Source of the DNA: an uncultured delta proteobacterium | GTDB lineage: Bacteria > Myxococcota_A > Polyangia > Palsa-1104 | Length of the DNA: 64,000 nucleotides | Direction of reading: 5' to 3' | Assembly (NCBI GenBank): GCA_963785725.1 | Contig: CAWAWS010000039.1 | Span: 384,001-448,000 of the forward strand | In this document: positions 49,255-60,100 of the stretch, in pieces | How the letters are laid out: each line of letters begins with the position of its first letter | Numbering within the stretch: the stretch's first letter is position 1 | Made by a program: the position numbers and the translations under genes | Notes under the pieces: model-generated | What the model saw: the letters and a program-made list of their open reading frames with translations, nothing else | Told to the model about the DNA's origin: nothing | The model's database searches: none

Positions 49255-50221
49255 CTAGGACGCCCGCTGCCGCAAGTCGCGCACGCTGCGGCCGACCTTC
49301 CGCCGCAGCAGCGTCCGCAAGCGTCACGGCGTCCGCGTACCCGACCTCGGTCGCGATATCGTCCAGCGTCGCGTCCGACGTCTGCAGCCGATGCACGGCC
49401 CGCTCGACGCGCAGATCCTGAATGTAGCCGAGCGGCGACTTGCCGAGCACGCCGCGCAGCCGTCGCGCCAACGTGCGCTCGCTCGCTCCGACGGCGCGCG
49501 CCGCCTCCGACAGCGAAAACCGGTCGACCAAATGCGCCCGCGCCCACGTCTCGAAGCGCTCGACCAACGGATCGGCGTGCGCCAGATGATCCGGGATCGC
49601 GAACAGCGCCTGCGACGGCCGCGAGTCGACGACGAGATAGCGCGCGCACAACGCCGCCAGCGCCGGGCTCTTGCTGCGCACCAGCCACAGCGCCAGATCG
49701 AGGTGCGCCAACGCCGCGCCCGCCGTCACGACGCGCCCGGCTTGCACGACCATGCGCGAGTCATCGAGCGTCACGCGCGGAAAGCGCTCGCGAAACAGCG
49801 GCGCCAGCCACCACGTCGTCGTCGCCGCGCAGCCGTCGAGCAGGCCGGCGGCGGCGATCAGGAACGTGCCCGTGCAGGCGGCGCAGACCATGGTGCCGGC
49901 GGCGGCGTAACGCGCCAGCAGCGCGATCGCGTCGCGAACGTCGGCACGCTCGAGCATGCCGTCGACGAGCGCCGGCGTCTTGGCGCCCAGCGCCGGAATG
50001 ACGACGACGTCGGCGCGACCGGCGCGCGCCGGCGTCGTGACCGGCACGGCCAGCCCGCGTCCGGTGCGAACGCGACGGCGCACACCGACGAGCTGGACCT
50101 CGAAGCGCGAGGCGCCGCGGCCGCCGGCACTGGCCAAGTCGCCGGCGGTGCCGAAGGTGTCGAGGATCGCCGACAGCCCCAAGTCGAAGACGCCATCGAG
50201 CACGAGCACGTGGATGCGCAT
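49255..50221 (-). CDS. GlxA family AraC regulator (DJ-1/PfpI + HTH), frameshift near 49320
   Basis: AACTGTF, ATTTWW, SERTL-RR and IATEVGY motifs. Removing one T restores TLRTLLRRKVGRSVRDLRQRAS*. Confidence 0.88.
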
Positions 50222-50311
50222 GGCGATAATGATACTAAAGTTGTCGGTTTCGCCAACTGGTCGTCTGCGATCGCGGGGACTATCTTGCAGTCTCACCCAA
50301 GGAGAACGCTC

Positions 50312-50614
50312 ATGGTCAAAGTCGGTCTGCTGGTGCGTTTGGAAGCGAAGCCGGGCAAGGAAGAGGAGCTGGGCAAGTTCTTGGCGAGCGCGCTGCCCTT
50401 GGCCAATCAGGAGACGCAGACGACGGTCTGGTTCGCCCTCAGGATTGGGCCGTCGACGTTCGGCATCTTCGACGGGTTCCCGGGCGAGCCCGGTCGTCAG
50501 GCGCACCTCGACGGTCAGATCGCGGCCGCGCTCATGGCCAAGGCGCCCGACCTCTTGGCCGGCAAGCCGACCATCGAAAAGGTCGACATCTTGGCCGCCA
50601 AGGTTCCCGGCTAG
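50312..50614 (+). CDS. Antibiotic biosynthesis monooxygenase (ABM) domain protein
   Basis: AAGGAG RBS; LEAKPGKE, FGIFD and RQAHL-G-IA-ALM motifs; divergent from the GlxA regulator. Confidence 0.9.
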   Translation: MVKVGLLVRLEAKPGKEEELGKFLASALPLANQETQTTVWFALRIGPSTFGIFDGFPGEPGRQAHLDGQIAAALMAKAPDLLAGKPTIEKVDILAAKVPG

Positions 50615-50717
50615 CGCGAAAATGCGCCGATGGGCGCGCGCGGTCCGACCGACGCGCGCGCCCGCGACGACGCTTCAACGAATTCGACGGCCGCGGCACA
50701 GCATCTGGAGAGGCCAC

Positions 50718-51023
50718 ATGGAACGATCTCCAGGCACGCTGACGTGGAGCCGTACGGGCCCGTGGGCTTACGCGCTCGGTGAGTTCGGCAGCATTCGCGG
50801 CTTCAGCGGGCTGCCGCCCTGGCTGGTGCGCGTGCGCGGCCGCATCCTCGGCCACTATCGCAACCTCGACGCGGCGCGGGCGGCGCTCGAGCGCTCGGCG
50901 CGGGCGGCGCACTACGGCATCAGCCTCGACGTCGTCGCCGTGCGCGAGCGCGAGAGCGTGCTCGACGAGCCGGCGCAGCTGGGCGGTCGCGCGGCCTGGC
51001 AGCGTCTGCACGCGCGTCGCTGA
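50718..51023 (+). CDS. Small hypothetical protein (101 aa)
   Basis: GGAGAGG RBS before ATG 50718 and typical codon use. Confidence 0.6.
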   Translation: MERSPGTLTWSRTGPWAYALGEFGSIRGFSGLPPWLVRVRGRILGHYRNLDAARAALERSARAAHYGISLDVVAVRERESVLDEPAQLGGRAAWQRLHARR

Positions 51024-51075
51024 GCGCGCTAATTGTCGGGGCGCGTCTACGCATGGGGACACCTCATCGCCGCGG

Positions 51076-52101
51076 CTACGGCGGCGGCCAGCTCTTGGGC
51101 GCTAAGCAGGGGATGAATTTGACGGTGGTGAGCCGGCAGCTGCCTTGCGTCGATTGCGCGCCGCAGACCCAGTTGAAGGTGCCGTCGTCGAGGTCGAAGT
51201 GCGGGTGGTTGCTCGACGCGCACCAGTCGCAGATGGCGTTGACCGGCGTCGAGCAGCCGGGGCCGGCGCCGCAGCATTGCGTGTACAGCGTGCCGGCGGT
51301 GCCGACGCAAGGGCAGTTCGGCGTCAGGTCGGCGGCGTTGACGCACGGGCCGCACTCTTGATAGCCCGAGCCGTTGCACTTGCAGTAGCCGCCGCAGCGA
51401 TCGGTGAGCGCGACGACCGCCGTGCCGCCCGGGCCGGTGATTTGGTAGCACAACCCCGACGCCTCGGTCGTGCCGAGGCCCCACGGCGTCACCGGCTTGC
51501 CCGTCGTCGGATCGAGCGCGTTCTGCGAGTTGCCGAACAGCGGCGCCGACGTGGCCATGATGCCGATGCAGGAGTCGCCCGCCATCTGGTCGCACAATTG
51601 ATGGCCCATGGCCTCGCCGATCATTTGCGCGGTCGTCAGCGGCGGGTCGTCTTGCGTGACGCCGCTGCAGCCGCCCATCGACAGCTGGCAGTAGTTCGTG
51701 GCCCACGCCTGCGGATAGGTGGCGACGCCTTGGTAGCCGGTGCCGTAGACGCACTGGTTGTTGACGCACTTGCCGTACGGCGGCGGGCAGTTCTCGGGCA
51801 GACACGTCGACGGCGGGACGCACAAGTCGATGCCGTCGACGACGTGGAGCGGCGTGCCCTGCGACATGTAGCCGCAGCCGCCGCCGCTCGGACCGCCGCC
51901 GCCCGCGCTGCCGCCACCGCCGCCGCCGGCCATGCCACCGCCGGTTCCGCCGGCTGTGCCGCCGCCGGTTCCGCCGGCTGTGCCGCCGCCGACGCCGCCG
52001 CCGGCAGCGCCGTCCTTGCCGTTGCCGCTCTTGCCGCAGGCGGCGCCGACGAGCGCGCACGCGATGAAGCTGCAGGCGATCCACGCGCGCAACCGAGCCA
52101 T
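51076..52101 (-). CDS. Lipoprotein with Gly-rich linker and Cys-rich double-psi beta-barrel (expansin/GH45/RlpA-like) domain
   Basis: Lipobox GAAC, GGT repeats, G-CYQIT....V-LTDRC and HPHFDL motifs. Confidence 0.7.
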   Translation of the reverse strand: MARLRAWIACSFIACALVGAACGKSGNGKDGAAGGGVGGGTAGGTGGGTAGGTGGGMAGGGGGGSAGGGGPSGGGCGYMSQGTPLHVVDGIDLCVPPSTCLPENCPPPYGKCVNNQCVYGTGYQGVATYPQAWATNYCQLSMGGCSGVTQDDPPLTTAQMIGEAMGHQLCDQMAGDSCIGIMATSAPLFGNSQNALDPTTGKPVTPWGLGTTEASGLCYQITGPGGTAVVALTDRCGGYCKCNGSGYQECGPCVNAADLTPNCPCVGTAGTLYTQCCGAGPGCSTPVNAICDWCASSNHPHFDLDDGTFNWVCGAQSTQGSCRLTTVKFIPCLAPKSWPPP

Positions 52102-52306
52102 GTCTCATCGTACCCGGCTCATCGGGCCACGGGAAGCGGCAACGCAGCGCTGCCGACGACGACACGCGCCCGCGGCTCGCGTCTGCTCGCGAGCGTCGCG
52201 CCGCTATCGCCGGCGATTCCGATGCGCGCTCGTTTTGCATCCACGCAAAACGGTTGTGCGGAGATGTGACTTCTGCGCAAAGCGAAGCCGCACTACGCTT
52301 TGCGCC

Positions 52307-53122
52307 ATGTACGACTTCACTGGCAAGACGACGCTCATCACCGGCGCTTCGGCGGGAATCGGCGCGCAGTTCGCGCGCGAGTTGGCGGCGCGCAAGAGCG
52401 CCCTCGTGCTCGTCGCGCGCAGCGAGGACAGGCTGCGCGCGCTGGCGGCCGAGCTGACGGCGGCGCACGGCGTGCCGGTCGCCGTCGTCGCGGCCGACCT
52501 GGCGCAGCCGGGCGCCGCGGCCAAGGTTCAGGCCGAGACGGCGCGCCGCGGCCTGCGCGTCGACGTGCTCGTCAACAACGCCGGCCTCGGCATGCACGGC
52601 CGCTTCCGCGAGATCGCCGTGGCGCAGATGTCGTCGCAGATCGCGGTCAACGTGACGGCGCTGATGGAGCTGACCTACGCCTACCTGCCGGAGATCGAAG
52701 CGGCGCACGGTGGGATCATTCAAGTGGCGTCGGTGGCGTCGTTTCAACCGATCCCGTACATGGCCGTCTACGGCGCGACCAAGGCGTTCGTGCTCTCGTT
52801 CAGCGAGGCGTTGTATGCCGAATATCGCGGGCGCGGCGTGCGCGTCTTGTGCCTCTGCCCGGGCGCGACCGAGACGGAGTTCTTCGCCGTCGCCGGCGAG
52901 GCGGCATCGGGCAGCGCCAAGCGCGTCAGCCCGGCGGGCGTCGTGCGCGTCGGGCTGCGCGCGTTCGCCGCCGATCGCTCCTACGTCGTGCACGGCTTCA
53001 CGAACTACTTGGCGTCGTCGAGCGCGCGCTTCTTCCCGCGCGCGTTCACGGCGCGGATGGTGGCCAAGCTGACGAAGCCGAAGATCGCGCTGCCGCCGGC
53101 CGTCAAGCAACCGACGACCTAA
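52307..53122 (+). CDS. Short-chain dehydrogenase/reductase
   Basis: TGASAGIG, NNAG and YGATK motifs. Confidence 0.93.
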   Translation: MYDFTGKTTLITGASAGIGAQFARELAARKSALVLVARSEDRLRALAAELTAAHGVPVAVVAADLAQPGAAAKVQAETARRGLRVDVLVNNAGLGMHGRFREIAVAQMSSQIAVNVTALMELTYAYLPEIEAAHGGIIQVASVASFQPIPYMAVYGATKAFVLSFSEALYAEYRGRGVRVLCLCPGATETEFFAVAGEAASGSAKRVSPAGVVRVGLRAFAADRSYVVHGFTNYLASSSARFFPRAFTARMVAKLTKPKIALPPAVKQPTT

Positions 53123-53126
53123 TCGG

Positions 53127-53600
53127 TTAGCGATACGGGCCCTCGGCGGGCCGGGCGCTGTCGAGGCGGACGATGAAGAGCGGCTCGGCTTCGCTGCCGG
53201 CGAAGACCACGCGCGCCGGCCGCTCGGCGTCGATTTCGCGGTCGATGCGCGGGTCGGCGGCGCGCGCCACGCCGACGACGGCGACGCGATCGCCGGCCAC
53301 GAGCGCGCAGTCACCGCCGTCGCGGCCGCACCACACGGCCGCGGCCGCGGCCGGCTGCACGAGCGCGCGCTGGCCATCGTCGCCGACGAGGAAGAACGCC
53401 GCGCGCCCCGCCGTCACCGGCTCGACGACACCGTCAACCTTGCAGCGCAGCGCGGTGCGCACGTCGCCGATGGGCAGCGCCGTCATCGTCAGCGTGCGCA
53501 GCCGCTGCTTGTGCATCTGCGCGCGCTCGACTCGCTTCAAGATCGGCTGCATCAGAAATACGACCAGCCGCGCGAGGTTGATGAGGACGAAATCCCACAC
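53127..53600 (-). CDS. Hypothetical membrane-anchored protein
   Basis: Hydrophobic N-terminus followed by a beta-rich region; fills the gap between two clear genes. Confidence 0.5.
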   Translation of the reverse strand: MWDFVLINLARLVVFLMQPILKRVERAQMHKQRLRTLTMTALPIGDVRTALRCKVDGVVEPVTAGRAAFFLVGDDGQRALVQPAAAAAVWCGRDGGDCALVAGDRVAVVGVARAADPRIDREIDAERPARVVFAGSEAEPLFIVRLDSARPAEGPYR

Positions 53601-53712
53601 GCCCGCAGCTTAAAGTCGCCGGCCGGCATGCGCCAGGCCAAGGTTCGCGCTAGGGTGTCGGCCGCGGCATGACGACGATGCCGGAACCGCGGAACGAGAT
53701 CGAGGAGACGAC

Positions 53713-56379
53713 ATGAACGTCAAGCTGTTGGCGCCGCTGCTGGCGCTCCCGCTGCTCGCTTGCCAACACGCGCCGTCACCGGCGACGCAGACGCTGGGGC
53801 TGGCCGCGGCCGATGAGAATCCGCCGACGCTGCGGCTCGGCGATCGCGCGCGGCCGACGCACTATCGCGTCGAGCTGACCGTGGTGCCGACGAACGAGCG
53901 CTTCGACGGCGCCATCGACATCGACGTCGACTTGCGCGCGCCCACCGCGACCTTGTGGCTCAACGCGCAGAAGCTCGTCTTCAAAGGCGCCACCGTCGAC
54001 GGGCAAGGCGCCAAGGTCGTGCCCGGCGGCGGCGACTTCATCGGCGTCAGCTTCGGCCGCGCGCTCGGACCGGGCCCCATCCACGTCCACCTCGACTATT
54101 CGGGCGAGATGACGGCCAAGGCGTCCGACGGGCTCTTTCGGCAGAAGGAGGGTGACCGCTGGTACGCGTTCACGCACTTCGAGCCCATCGACGCGCGGCG
54201 CATGATGCCCTGCTTCGATGAGCCCGCCTTCAAGACGCCGTGGGAGATGCGCCTCAAGGTCAAGCAGTCGGATACGGCCGTCGCCAACGCGCCGATGGTC
54301 AAAGAGGAGCCGCTCGCCGACGGCATGAAGTTGGTGACGTTCGCGGCCACCAAGCCGATCCCGAGCTACCTCATCGCCATCGGCGTCGGGCCGTTCGAGC
54401 TCGTCGACGCCGGCAAAGCGGGGCGCAACGGCACGCCGATTCGCATCATCACGCCGCACGGCCGCGGCGACGAGGCGCGCTTCGCCAAACAGGTGTCGGG
54501 CCAAGTCATCGAGCGGCTCGAGGCCTACTTCGGCATTCCCTATCCGTACCCAAAGCTCGACGTCATCGACGTGCCCGTGATCGGCGGCGCGATGGAGAAC
54601 CCGGGGCTGATCACGTTCGCGCAGCAGCTGGTGTTGTCCAAGCCGGCCGAAGAATCCTTACGTTTCCAGCGGCGCTACACGTCGATAGCCATGCACGAGT
54701 TCGCGCATCAATGGTTCGGCGACTTGGTGACCACGGCGTGGTGGGACGACATCTGGCTCAACGAAGCCTTCGCGACCTGGATGACCGATCACGAGCTCGA
54801 GGCGTGGAAGCCCGATTGGCACGCCGACGCCGATCGCACCGACGCCAGCCTGGGCGCCATGTCCGACGACGGCTTGCAGAGCGCGCGGCAGATTCGTCAG
54901 CCGATTCGCGGCAACGACGACATGGTCAACGCCTTCGACAGCATCACGTATGAAAAGGGCGCCGCCGTCATCGCCATGTTCGAGAGCTGGGTCGGCGCCG
55001 ATCGTTTCCGCGCCGGCATTCACCGCTACTTGGTCGAGCACGCGTTCGGCGCCGCGTCGTCGGACGACTTCTTGGCCGCGATCGACATCGAAGCAAAGGC
55101 GCCGATTCGCACGGCGTTCCACAGCTTCCTCGATCAGCCGGGCGTGCCGCTGGTCAGCGTCGGGCTGCGCTGCGACGCCGGACAGCCGCCGGTGGCGACG
55201 CTGACGCAAGAGCGCGATCGGCCGGCCGGCGTCGGCGGCGGCGCCGCGCAGACGTGGCAAATTCCCGTCTGCATGCGCTACAGCGGCGACGGCAAAGACG
55301 CGCACGCCTGCACGCTGATGACGACGGCGACCGCCGAGCTGCCGCTGCCGGAGGCGACGAGCTGCCCCGCCTTCCTCGCCGGCAACGACGGTCAGCGCGG
55401 CTATTATCGCGTGCGCTACCTCGGTGACGCGTGGACGCACCTCCTCGAGAACGCCGACAAGCTGAGCGTGCCCGAGCGCATTGGCCTGCTCGGCGACGTC
55501 GGTGCGCTGGTGCGCGCGGGCAAGCTTCCCATCGCCGACGCGCTGACGCTGGCCGCGCAGTTGGCCAACGATCGCGAGCGCGGCGTCGTCGACGGCACGA
55601 TGGACCTGGCCTTCCAAGCGCGCGTGCTCGACCTCGTGAGTGAGCCGCAGCGCAAGAGCTGGGCGCACTTCGTGCGCGCGACGTGGGGCGAGCGGCTGGA
55701 GAAGCTCGGCTTGCGCCCGCGCGCCGGCGACGACGACGACACGCGCCTGTTGCGTCCGCGGCTCATCACCTTCCTGGCCAACCTGGGCGAAGACGAAGCG
55801 CTGCGCAAAGAGGCGCGTGCGTTGGCGCTGGCCTGGCTGAGCGATCGTAAAGCGATCGATCCCGAGCTGGTGTCGGCCGTGTTGACGGCGGCGGCGTACG
55901 GCGGCGATGGCGCGCTCTTCGAGGCGTATGTCAGCGAAGCCAAGAAGCCGACGACGGCGCGCATCGATCGCACGCGCCTCTTGGCGGCCATGGGCGCGTT
56001 TCGCGATCCCGACGTCGCGCAGCGGGCGGAGCGGCTGCTCATCAGCCCCGACTTCGATCTGCGCGAGTCGCGGCCGATCGTGCTCGGGCAGCTGGGCGCG
56101 CCGTCGCTGCGGCAAATGGCCTACGACTTCGTCAAGACGAACCTCGACGCGCTGACGGCCAATCTCTCGCCGCGGCTGGCGGCGACGTGGGGCATGGCGG
56201 TGATGGGCTTCTGCGACGAGGCGCACGCCCACGAAGCCGAGCAGTTCTTCAACGGCCGCACGACCCGCCTCGTCGGTGGTCCGCGCATTCTCGCGCAGGC
56301 GGTGGAGACCGTGCGCGTCTGCAGCGCCGCGCACGCCGCGCAGGCCGACAGCTTCGCGACGTTCCTGAAGAAGTATTAG
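53713..56379 (+). CDS. M1 family aminopeptidase (lipoprotein) with ERAP1-like C-terminal domain
   Basis: GAGGAG RBS, lipobox LLAC, GAMEN, HEFAH-x18-E and YEKG motifs. Confidence 0.95.
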   Translation: MNVKLLAPLLALPLLACQHAPSPATQTLGLAAADENPPTLRLGDRARPTHYRVELTVVPTNERFDGAIDIDVDLRAPTATLWLNAQKLVFKGATVDGQGAKVVPGGGDFIGVSFGRALGPGPIHVHLDYSGEMTAKASDGLFRQKEGDRWYAFTHFEPIDARRMMPCFDEPAFKTPWEMRLKVKQSDTAVANAPMVKEEPLADGMKLVTFAATKPIPSYLIAIGVGPFELVDAGKAGRNGTPIRIITPHGRGDEARFAKQVSGQVIERLEAYFGIPYPYPKLDVIDVPVIGGAMENPGLITFAQQLVLSKPAEESLRFQRRYTSIAMHEFAHQWFGDLVTTAWWDDIWLNEAFATWMTDHELEAWKPDWHADADRTDASLGAMSDDGLQSARQIRQPIRGNDDMVNAFDSITYEKGAAVIAMFESWVGADRFRAGIHRYLVEHAFGAASSDDFLAAIDIEAKAPIRTAFHSFLDQPGVPLVSVGLRCDAGQPPVATLTQERDRPAGVGGGAAQTWQIPVCMRYSGDGKDAHACTLMTTATAELPLPEATSCPAFLAGNDGQRGYYRVRYLGDAWTHLLENADKLSVPERIGLLGDVGALVRAGKLPIADALTLAAQLANDRERGVVDGTMDLAFQARVLDLVSEPQRKSWAHFVRATWGERLEKLGLRPRAGDDDDTRLLRPRLITFLANLGEDEALRKEARALALAWLSDRKAIDPELVSAVLTAAAYGGDGALFEAYVSEAKKPTTARIDRTRLLAAMGAFRDPDVAQRAERLLISPDFDLRESRPIVLGQLGAPSLRQMAYDFVKTNLDALTANLSPRLAATWGMAVMGFCDEAHAHEAEQFFNGRTTRLVGGPRILAQAVETVRVCSAAHAAQADSFATFLKKY

Positions 56380-56385
56380 CGACGA

Positions 56386-56547
56386 AGAGCGGGCCCTCGA
56401 AACCTGTTCGGTCGCCAAGCCGGCTGCGGGCGCGGTCTGCTTCGTTGCTCCTCGGTCAGATACACACCGGTATCTTCCCTCGTCGCGCCTCGCAGCCCGC
56501 GCTCCTCGCTCGGCCTGGCTCGGTCACAGGTTTTGAGGGCCCGCTCT
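56386..56547. repeat. 162-bp palindromic MITE/ERIC-like element
   Basis: Terminal inverted repeats agagcgggccctcgaaacctgt and acaggttttgagggcccgctct match 21/22; central hairpin agatac-acaccg-gtatct. Confidence 0.8.
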
Positions 56548-56917
56548 AAGGTCTCGTCAGGTGGCGCAGCGCCGCTTCCTCGTCGAGAAACACCTCGCCC
56601 TCACCCTCCGACAGCCGCTTGACGTGCAGCTTGCCGACGGCGCTGCGCACGACGATCGCCACCCGCGCAAAGCGCGACAAGATCTGCGTGCGTAGATCGC
56701 GCGTCGCCGCCTCGAACTCGGGATCGTTGCGGCCGGGACCGAGGCGCAGATCGAGCAGCACGCGACCGCCGAAGTGCGGCGTCAGCTGCGGCAGGAGGCC
56801 GGCGAACGCCGCGCGCACGTCGTCGGTGCGCTCGGGCATCGGCGTCGCCGTGCGAATGACGCGCACCAGCTGCCGCTTCGCATCCGGCTCGACGCGAAAG
56901 TAGATCGGATTCGGCAT
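56546..56917 (-). CDS. Small STAS/SEC14-like hypothetical protein
   Basis: LLDLR--GRNDPEFE, A-VVRSAVG-L--KRL and F-DE--AL pattern, seen in myxobacterial small proteins. Confidence 0.65.
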   Translation of the reverse strand: MPNPIYFRVEPDAKRQLVRVIRTATPMPERTDDVRAAFAGLLPQLTPHFGGRVLLDLRLGPGRNDPEFEAATRDLRTQILSRFARVAIVVRSAVGKLHVKRLSEGEGEVFLDEEAALRHLTRP

Positions 56918-57125
56918 CGCCAAATTGTAATCCGTCTCGCGGCGCCTGTAAGCAGTGTCGCGTTTTGAAGTCCGTGCGCGTCATACATGTATGGCACCAT
57001 CCCGTCTACACACCGGGTGGGACTGCCCCGGTCGGCGGTGCTTGCCCCCGCCTACAGTGTGGACGCGGCGCTAGCGATCCCGGCGGCTTGCGGGCTGCGG
57101 CGGGCGCGACGCGGCCGGTCGTGAC

Positions 57126-57142
57126 CTGGCCGCGACCTTGCT
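57126..57142 (+). promoter_or_regulatory. Possible sigma-54 promoter
   Basis: CTGGCCGCGACCTTGCT (GG-N10-GC with TTGC) just upstream of the TPR gene. Confidence 0.4.
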
Positions 57143-57155
57143 ACCCAAAGGCGCC

Positions 57156-60100
57156 ATGCCACTCGAGATGGTTCCCGCGGAGCAACCGAACAGCGGCGGG
57201 CGTTCGGCCGACCTCGCCCCGCAGATCGAGCAGCAGCTGTCGCCCCTGTTGGGCGACGTGCCGGAACAGCCGTCGTTGCGCGACTTGCCGGCGCAGCTCG
57301 AGCAGCAGCTGGCGCGCATCGATGCCGAGGCCGATCCGCAGCGGCGCGGGCAACGGCTGCGCGAGCTGGCCTCGGCGCTCGAGCATCAGCACGACGATCC
57401 GGCGCGCGCGCTCACCGCGCTCTTGACGGCCTACCGCGAAATGCCGACGCGCGCCGCCTGGAGCCACTTGGAGCGTCTGGCCACGATCACGAACAATTGG
57501 TCCGAGCTCGCCACCGAGCTGGCCGCGGCCATGGACGATCTCGACGCAGCCGATCGCGCCGGCGCCTGGCTGCACCTCGGGCACATCTACGAACGGCAGC
57601 TCGACCACGCCGAGCACGCGCTGGCCTGCTACGAGCATTCGCTGACGCTCGACCCCGATTACGCCGCGGCGCGCTTGGCCGTCGAGGCGACGCTGCGGGC
57701 GCGCGGCGATCACGCGGCCTTGCTGACGCGGCTCGAAGATCGGCTGCGCCGCGCGCCCGAGCTCGAGCGGCGCGCGATTCGCCTGGAGCTGCGCCGGCCT
57801 GAGCGTGCAGCTGGGCGAGCGCGCCGAGGCGATCGGCCGCTACGAAGAGCTGCGCCGCGAGCTGCCCGGCGATCTGACGATCTTGCGCGCGCTCGAAAAG
57901 CTCTACGACGACGCGCGCCGCGTCAACGATCTGGTCGACGTCTTGGAAGCGCAGGCCGGGCTCGTCGACGGCGCGCGCGATCGGGCCACGCTCTACCGCC
58001 GCTTGGCGATCGAATGGGAGGAGCAGCTCGGCCGCCTCGACAAAGCCGCCGAATGCTGGCAGTGGCTGCTCAGCTTCGACGCCACCAGCGACGAGGCCTA
58101 TCGCGCGCTCGAGCGGCTCTATTGCGCGGCCGGCAACTGGCGCGCCGCCGTCGACATCTACTGCCGCCACGCGGCCACCATCGCCGACAGCGGCGAGCGC
58201 GCGCGCTTGCACACCGAGGTCGCGCGCATCTGCGAACGGCAGCTCGAAGACGCCGCCGGCGCCATCGAGTTCTATCGCAAGGTCGAGGCCGATCGCCCCG
58301 GCACCGTCGACGCCATGTCGGCGCCGATTCGGCTCTACGAGCGCACCGAGGATTACGGCCAAGTCGTCGCGCTCTTGGAGCGTCGCGCCGAGCGCGCGCA
58401 GGGTACGGCGCGCGCCGAGCTCTACCATCGCGCCGCCGAGCTGCTGCGCGTGCAGCTCGACAAGCCCGATCGCGCCGTCGAGCTGCTCGACTCGGCGCTG
58501 GCCGCCGACGCCGCGCACGTGCCGTCGCTGGTGACGCTGGCCGAGATCTACCGCGAGCGCGCCAAGCTCTCGACCGCCGATCGGCTGCTCGAGCGCGCCG
58601 TGGCCGCGACCGCGCATCCGCTGCAGCGCACGCGGCTTTACGTCCGCCGCGCCGAGCTTCGGCAGGCGCTCGACGACGCCGACGGCGCGATCGCCCTTTA
58701 CGGCGCGGCGCTGGAGCTCGATCCCGACGATCATGACGCCGCTACCGCGGCCATCGCGCTCTTGGAAAAAGCCGGGCGCACCACCGAGCTCAGGCCGCTC
58801 GTCGAACGCTTGGCGGCGACGGAGGGCGACGTCGAGCGGCGCGTCGATCGTTGGCTGCAGCTGGCGCAGCTCGACGAGGAGTTGGGCGCGCCCGAGCAGG
58901 CGTTGAAGGCCCTCGACCGCGCGCTCATGCTCGCGCCCGGCCGCCTGACGACGGTGCACAAGCGGGGCGCGCTGCTCTTTCGGCTCGGCCGCTTCGCTGA
59001 CGCGCACATCGCGCTCGGCTCGCTCGTCGACGACTTGGGCGCGCTCGGCGTCGACGAAGTGGAGCTGCGCTGGCAGCTCGGCCGCTGCGCGCTGGCGCTC
59101 GGCTTGAAGCGCGACGCGCACCTGCACTTCAGCTGCGCCTTGGCGCTCGATCCGCAGCACAAGCCGTCGCGCGCGGCGCAGATCGAGCTCGATCGCGAGC
59201 ATCCGTCGGCGTTGATCGATCATCAGCGCGCGCTCTTGGCCGCGGCCGCGCCCAGCGAACGACCGGCGCTGTGGGCGGCCATCGGCGATCTGTACGCGTC
59301 GCTGTCCGATCCCGATCAGGCGCTGGAAGCCTATCGGCAAGCGCTGGCGTTGGCGCCCGAAGACACGCGCCTCTTGCACAAATGCCTCGATACACTGGTC
59401 GCGCAACACGAGTGGCCGGCGACGTTGCCGCTGCTCGATCGGCTCATCGCGCTGGCGCCGCCGGGCGCGCGGCGCGGGCGCTACTTGGAAGCGGCCGGCC
59501 TCATCACTTACGACGAGCTCGATCGCCCCGACGCCGCCGTGCCGCTCTTGTCGCGCGCGCTCGAGGACGACGCCACGCTCGACCGCGCCGCCGATGCGCT
59601 CGAGGAATTATGGACCCAGCGGCGCGACTGGACGGCGCTGGCGAACCTGCACGGCCTCAGGCTGCAGCGGCTCGGCCCCGCGTGTCACGACGGCGAGCAG
59701 GCGGTGCGCGGCCGCTTGTGGTCGAAGCTCGGCGATCTGTGCCTCAATCGGCTCGGCGATCGCGACAGCGCGCTGGCGGCGCTGGAGGCGGCGGCGCGCT
59801 TCGATCCCTACGACCTCGAGCGCCATCGGCTCTTGGCCGCGCTCTACGCGCAGACGCCGGGCAAGCTGCCGGCGGCCATCGTCGAGCATCAGCTGGTCGT
59901 CGCCAACTCGGGCGGTGAGCTGGAGTCGTACGCGGCGCTGGAGCAGCTCTATCGCCGCACCGGGCTGCCGCTGCGCTCGGCGGCGTGCGGCACGTCGCTC
60001 AACTTCCTCGAGCAGCGCCGCGACGCCGCGGCCGCCGACGACGTGACCGATCTGGCGACGCTCGACGGCGACAGCGCGGTCGACGACGTGCCGTTGCCGC

